From contig OZ219866.1 of the NCBI GenBank assembly GCA_964291675.2, positions 2,240,001 to 2,304,000 of the forward strand: 64,000 nt of DNA, read 5' to 3'. The position numbers and the translations under genes were made by a program. Origin of the DNA: Alphaproteobacteria bacterium (GTDB lineage: Bacteria; Pseudomonadota; Alphaproteobacteria; MPNO01). Below are positions 60,477-64,000 of the stretch, piece by piece (within the stretch, counting starts at the first letter, position 1; the number at the start of each line of letters is the position of its first letter). The notes beneath the pieces were generated by a model. That model had not been told where the DNA came from and made no database searches. It saw nothing but the letters and a program-made list of their open reading frames with translations.

Positions 60477-61727
60477 TCACGGGGCGCCGTCGTAGAAGGC
60501 CTGGAGGATGGCGACCACGCCGTCCCGGCTGTATTCGGGCGGGATCGTCTCGCGGCCGGCGAACATCTCGCGCAGCCTGGTGCCGGAGATGCGGAGCTTC
60601 CCGGCGTCGCCGTTAGGACAGGGCCGGCCGGCGGCGTCGCCCGTCGCCACCGCCGCCACCGCCCGGTAGCGTTCGTCCTCGCCCGGCGGGTGCTCGCCGG
60701 CGAAGCACACGTTTCCGGTCGCCATGCCCCGGCAGTCGAAGCAATGGAACGTGTCGTCGATCTTCAGCGGCCGGATGGCGAGGTCGTCCTCGCCGATCTC
60801 GTCGAATATCCGGTGGGCGTCGTAGGGCCCGTAATAGCCGCCGAGCCCGGCATGGTCGCGCCCGACCACCAGATGCGAGCAGCCGAAATTCTGGCGGAAC
60901 AGCGCGTGCAGCAGCGCCTCGCGGGGGCCGGCGTAGCGCATCTCGATCGGGTAGCCGGCCTGGATCACCCGCCCTTCCGCGAAGTGGTTGGCGACCAGCC
61001 AGTCGATGGCCCGGACCCGCACGTCGGCCGGGATGTCGCCCTGCTTGAGGGCGCCGAGCACCTGGTGGATCAGAATCCCGTCGCACACCTCGATGGCGAC
61101 CTTGGCGAGAAACTCGTGGCTGCGGTGCATCGGGTTGCGGGTCTGGAAGGCGGCGACCGTCGACCAGCCCTTTTCGGCGAACAGCGCGCGGGTCTCCGCG
61201 GGGCGCAGATAGAGCCCCCGGTAGGTCTCGGGAAAGTGGCCCTCCGAGAACACCGTCACCGGTCCCGCCAGGTTGACCGCGCCCTGCGCCATCACCTTGG
61301 CGACGCCCGGGTGGTCCTCATCGGCGGTGCGGTAGACCTCGCGGCACTCGAACTCCTTGTCGATGGCGTATTTCTCGGCGACCGCGAGCTGGCCCAGGAT
61401 CTCGCCCGCCTCGTCGGTCAACGCCACCTCCTCGCCGACGGCGACGGCGAAGTCCGCGGCGCAGGAGAGCGTGATCGGCAGCGGCCAGAACAGCCCGCCC
61501 TCCAGGCGCATGTCGAGGCACGCGCCGCGCCAGTCGGCCGCGCCCATGAAACCGGCGAGCGGCGAATACGCGCCCATGGCGAACATGAACAGGTCCGAGA
61601 CCTCGCGGCTCGACAGCGGCAGCTTCTTCAGGCCGCGCGCGCGTTTCAGCGCCTCGTCCCGCTCGTCCGGGGGCAGCAGCAGGGGCTTCAGGGCGGCGTC
61701 GCCGTGCGGGGCGATCAGCGTCGACAC
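60477..61727 (-). CDS. sat: Sulfate adenylyltransferase (dissimilatory-type context)
   Basis: GAYSPLAGFM, AFQTRNPMHRSHE, MRYAGPREA, VGRDHAG, ISGT; GTG 61727 likely start. Confidence 0.95.
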   Translation of the reverse strand: MSTLIAPHGDAALKPLLLPPDERDEALKRARGLKKLPLSSREVSDLFMFAMGAYSPLAGFMGAADWRGACLDMRLEGGLFWPLPITLSCAADFAVAVGEEVALTDEAGEILGQLAVAEKYAIDKEFECREVYRTADEDHPGVAKVMAQGAVNLAGPVTVFSEGHFPETYRGLYLRPAETRALFAEKGWSTVAAFQTRNPMHRSHEFLAKVAIEVCDGILIHQVLGALKQGDIPADVRVRAIDWLVANHFAEGRVIQAGYPIEMRYAGPREALLHALFRQNFGCSHLVVGRDHAGLGGYYGPYDAHRIFDEIGEDDLAIRPLKIDDTFHCFDCRGMATGNVCFAGEHPPGEDERYRAVAAVATGDAAGRPCPNGDAGKLRISGTRLREMFAGRETIPPEYSRDGVVAILQAFYDGAP

Positions 61728-61755
61728 GGGGCGCGACCGTGGCGGCAATCCGGGG

Positions 61756-63600
61756 CTAGTCGACGATGTGGTAGACGGGGGCCTTCTCCATGGCCCATTC
61801 GCCGGATTCCCGGTCGTAGCGGGAGAGCGTGAAGCAGTGCCAGTCGTCGTCGTCCAGCCTCGGATGATCGGCCCGATAGTAGTATCCCGGCCACCGCGTC
61901 TCCGTCCTGTACATGGTGTGATGCGTCACCGCCTCCGAGGCCAGCACCCGGTGGTGCAGCTCCCACGCCCGCTGGAGCTGGTGCAGGTCTTCGGCCCCGA
62001 GACTGTCGAGGTCTTCCTTCAGCATGCCGAGCAGCTCCAGCCCGCGGGTGAGCATCGGCTCGTTGGTCGTGTAGTGGGAGCCGATCCCGCCGACATACTC
62101 GTCCATGATTTTCTCCAAGCGCTGGAGGCCGTGGATCGGCAGCATGTAGCTCGGCGAGACCGTTCCCGCGACGATCTCGTTGCGCCCGACCCGGTAGGTC
62201 TCCAGCGGCTGGAAGACCGTCCTCCTGAGCTCCTCGTACTCCTTCTCGCTGACCTGCGGCCGGTCGGTCTTGAGGTCGTTGACGTAGTTGACCGCCGCCT
62301 TGCCGGCGATACGCCCTTCGGTGAAGGAGCCCGAGGAGAACTTGTGCGCCGTGCCGCCGATCGTGTCGCCCGCGCCGAACAGCCCGTCGACCGTCATCAT
62401 CCGGTTGTAGCCCCACTGGTACTCGTCCGGCGCGTAGTCCTCCGGCCCGCTCGACCAGGCGCCCGAGCACGTGGCATGCGAGCCCATGACATAGGGCTCC
62501 GACGTGGTGAGCTCCGGGTTGGTGTGCTTGGGATCGATGTTCTGGGACGCCCAGACGACGGCCTGGCCGATCGTCATGCCGAGGAAATTCTCCCAGCCCA
62601 CCGTCTCCTTGTGCGGGTCCTGGAAGGCTTCCGTGGTCACCATGCGGATCGGGCCGCGCCCCGCCTTGACCTCTTCGAGAAGCGCGTGGTTGCGCAGGCA
62701 GGTCGGCACCGGGTGCCGGTCGACATAGTCGCCCACCAGCTCCCTGGTGTGGTCGTACCACCTGGATTCGTATTCCTCGCCATAGGCGTTCTGGGTGTAG
62801 GTCTTGAGGTGCAGGAAATAGGCGCCGACCGGGCCGTAGCCGTCCTTGAACCGGGTCAGGACGATGCGGTTCTCCATCTGGGTCATCTTGGCGCCGGCGA
62901 GGATCGGCAGCGCATAGGCCGAGGCGCTGCTCCAGGGCGCGTACCAGGTGCGCCCCATGCCCTCCCCGACCGCGCGCGGCTTGAAGATATGCGACGCGCC
63001 GCCGGCGGAGACAATCACCGCCTTGGCCCGGAAGACATGGAAATCGCCCGTGCGCACGTTGAAGCCGACCGCGCCGGCGACGCGGTTGGGCTTGGTCGCG
63101 TCCATCAGCAGGTGGGTCACCATGATCCGGTTGTGCACCTCGGTCGCGGCCTTGCGGGCCGCCTCCGCGACGATCGGCTTGTAGCTCTCGCCGTGGATCA
63201 TGATCTGCCACTTGCCTTCGCGCAGATAGCGCCCGGTCTCGGGGTCCTTCATGATCGGAAGGCCCCATTCCTCGAACTTGTGCACCGTGGAGTCGACATG
63301 GCGCGCGATGTCGTAGCCGAGATCCTCGCGCACCAGCCCCATCAGGTCGTTGCGGCAGTAGCGGACATGGTCCTCCGGCTGGTTCTCGTCCCACTGCATG
63401 CCCATGTAGCAATTGATCGCATACAGCCCCTGGGCCACCGCGCCGCTGCGCTCGATATTCGCCTTCTCGACGCAGACCACCTTGAGATCGCGCCCCCAGT
63501 AGCCGGCCTCGTAGGTCGCCCCGCAGCCCGCCATGCCGCCGCCGACGACCAGGATGTCCGCGTCCACGAAAACCGTCTTCCGGCGCGAGAACAAAGCCAC
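61756..63600 (-). CDS. aprA: Adenylylsulfate reductase alpha subunit
   Basis: EKANIERSGAVAQGL, WQIMIHGESYK, RFKDGYGPVGA, HKFSSGSFTEGR, ETRWPGYYYRAD. Confidence 0.97.
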   Translation of the reverse strand: MALFSRRKTVFVDADILVVGGGMAGCGATYEAGYWGRDLKVVCVEKANIERSGAVAQGLYAINCYMGMQWDENQPEDHVRYCRNDLMGLVREDLGYDIARHVDSTVHKFEEWGLPIMKDPETGRYLREGKWQIMIHGESYKPIVAEAARKAATEVHNRIMVTHLLMDATKPNRVAGAVGFNVRTGDFHVFRAKAVIVSAGGASHIFKPRAVGEGMGRTWYAPWSSASAYALPILAGAKMTQMENRIVLTRFKDGYGPVGAYFLHLKTYTQNAYGEEYESRWYDHTRELVGDYVDRHPVPTCLRNHALLEEVKAGRGPIRMVTTEAFQDPHKETVGWENFLGMTIGQAVVWASQNIDPKHTNPELTTSEPYVMGSHATCSGAWSSGPEDYAPDEYQWGYNRMMTVDGLFGAGDTIGGTAHKFSSGSFTEGRIAGKAAVNYVNDLKTDRPQVSEKEYEELRRTVFQPLETYRVGRNEIVAGTVSPSYMLPIHGLQRLEKIMDEYVGGIGSHYTTNEPMLTRGLELLGMLKEDLDSLGAEDLHQLQRAWELHHRVLASEAVTHHTMYRTETRWPGYYYRADHPRLDDDDWHCFTLSRYDRESGEWAMEKAPVYHIVD

Positions 63601-64000
63601 TAGACGACTCCCTGCTTGAACTTGTCCGGCGTCAGCGCGGGCAGCGCCTCGATGTGCAGCGCGTCCGGCTCGTGCGCGAGCTCCTGGGATTTCATCGCTT
63701 CCGCGCTGGGCGCCTCGTACTCGGCGGGCGCCTTGATCGACCCCCAGCGCGTGGTCCGGATGGGGGAGACGAAGTCCTTCTCGTTGCCGTCGCGGAACTT
63801 GATCTTCCAGGAGATCGTGCCCTTCTCCTCCTCCCGCAGCGCGCGCACGCTGTGGCCCATGGGCGCGAAGTCGGCATAGCCGCGGCAGTCGATGGCCTGC
63901 TGCGGGCACGCCTTCACGCAGGAGTAGCACTCCCAGCACATGTTGGGCTCGATGTTGTAGGCCCGCCGATAGGTGGAATCGATGTGCATGATGTCGGACG
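63600..64000 (-). CDS. aprB: Adenylylsulfate reductase beta subunit; 5' end outside window
   Basis: PSDIMH, NIEPNMCWECYSCVKACP, RGYADFAP. Confidence 0.96.
   Translation of the reverse strand, partial: SDIMHIDSTYRRAYNIEPNMCWECYSCVKACPQQAIDCRGYADFAPMGHSVRALREEEKGTISWKIKFRDGNEKDFVSPIRTTRWGSIKAPAEYEAPSAEAMKSQELAHEPDALHIEALPALTPDKFKQGVV

Overview
GC-rich (roughly 68-70% by eye), gene-dense 64 kb window, most likely from a marine proteobacterium. The gene content (taurine, sulfoacetate, creatine, many TRAP/ABC/TTT transporters, Apr-Sat) resembles that of animal- or sponge-associated heterotrophs, but the taxonomy cannot be fixed from this window. It is almost entirely catabolic. (1) 1-10.3 kb: an uncharacterised oxidative cluster (HpaB-type flavin monooxygenase, lone CoxL/Xdh large subunit, RraA/HMG aldolase, cupin, DapA-family aldolase, MsmAB-like Rieske oxygenase, TRAP transporter). 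(2) 11.2-21.3 kb: polyamine-type ABC transporter plus creatinase, and an Lrp-associated Rieske / glutamine-synthetase-like / alpha-beta hydrolase module. (3) An intact IS1634-family element inserted exactly into the overlapping stop codons of two convergent genes. (4) 23.3-34.5 kb: acyl-CoA ligase, Liv ABC, Cys-less thiolase plus DUF35, and a TRAP system. (5) 34.5-52.2 kb: a C2-sulfonate island (tauABC-xsc-pta, citrate synthase, LacI, TTT transporter, sauS, SucCD-like CoA ligase). Two matching LacI operators overlap the promoters of its two divergent arms, and tauA has a long structured leader. (6) 52-64 kb: a minus-strand run headed by aprB-aprA-sat. I saw no rRNA, tRNA or CRISPR array. All calls come from motif recognition and recalled family sequences; no database search was run.
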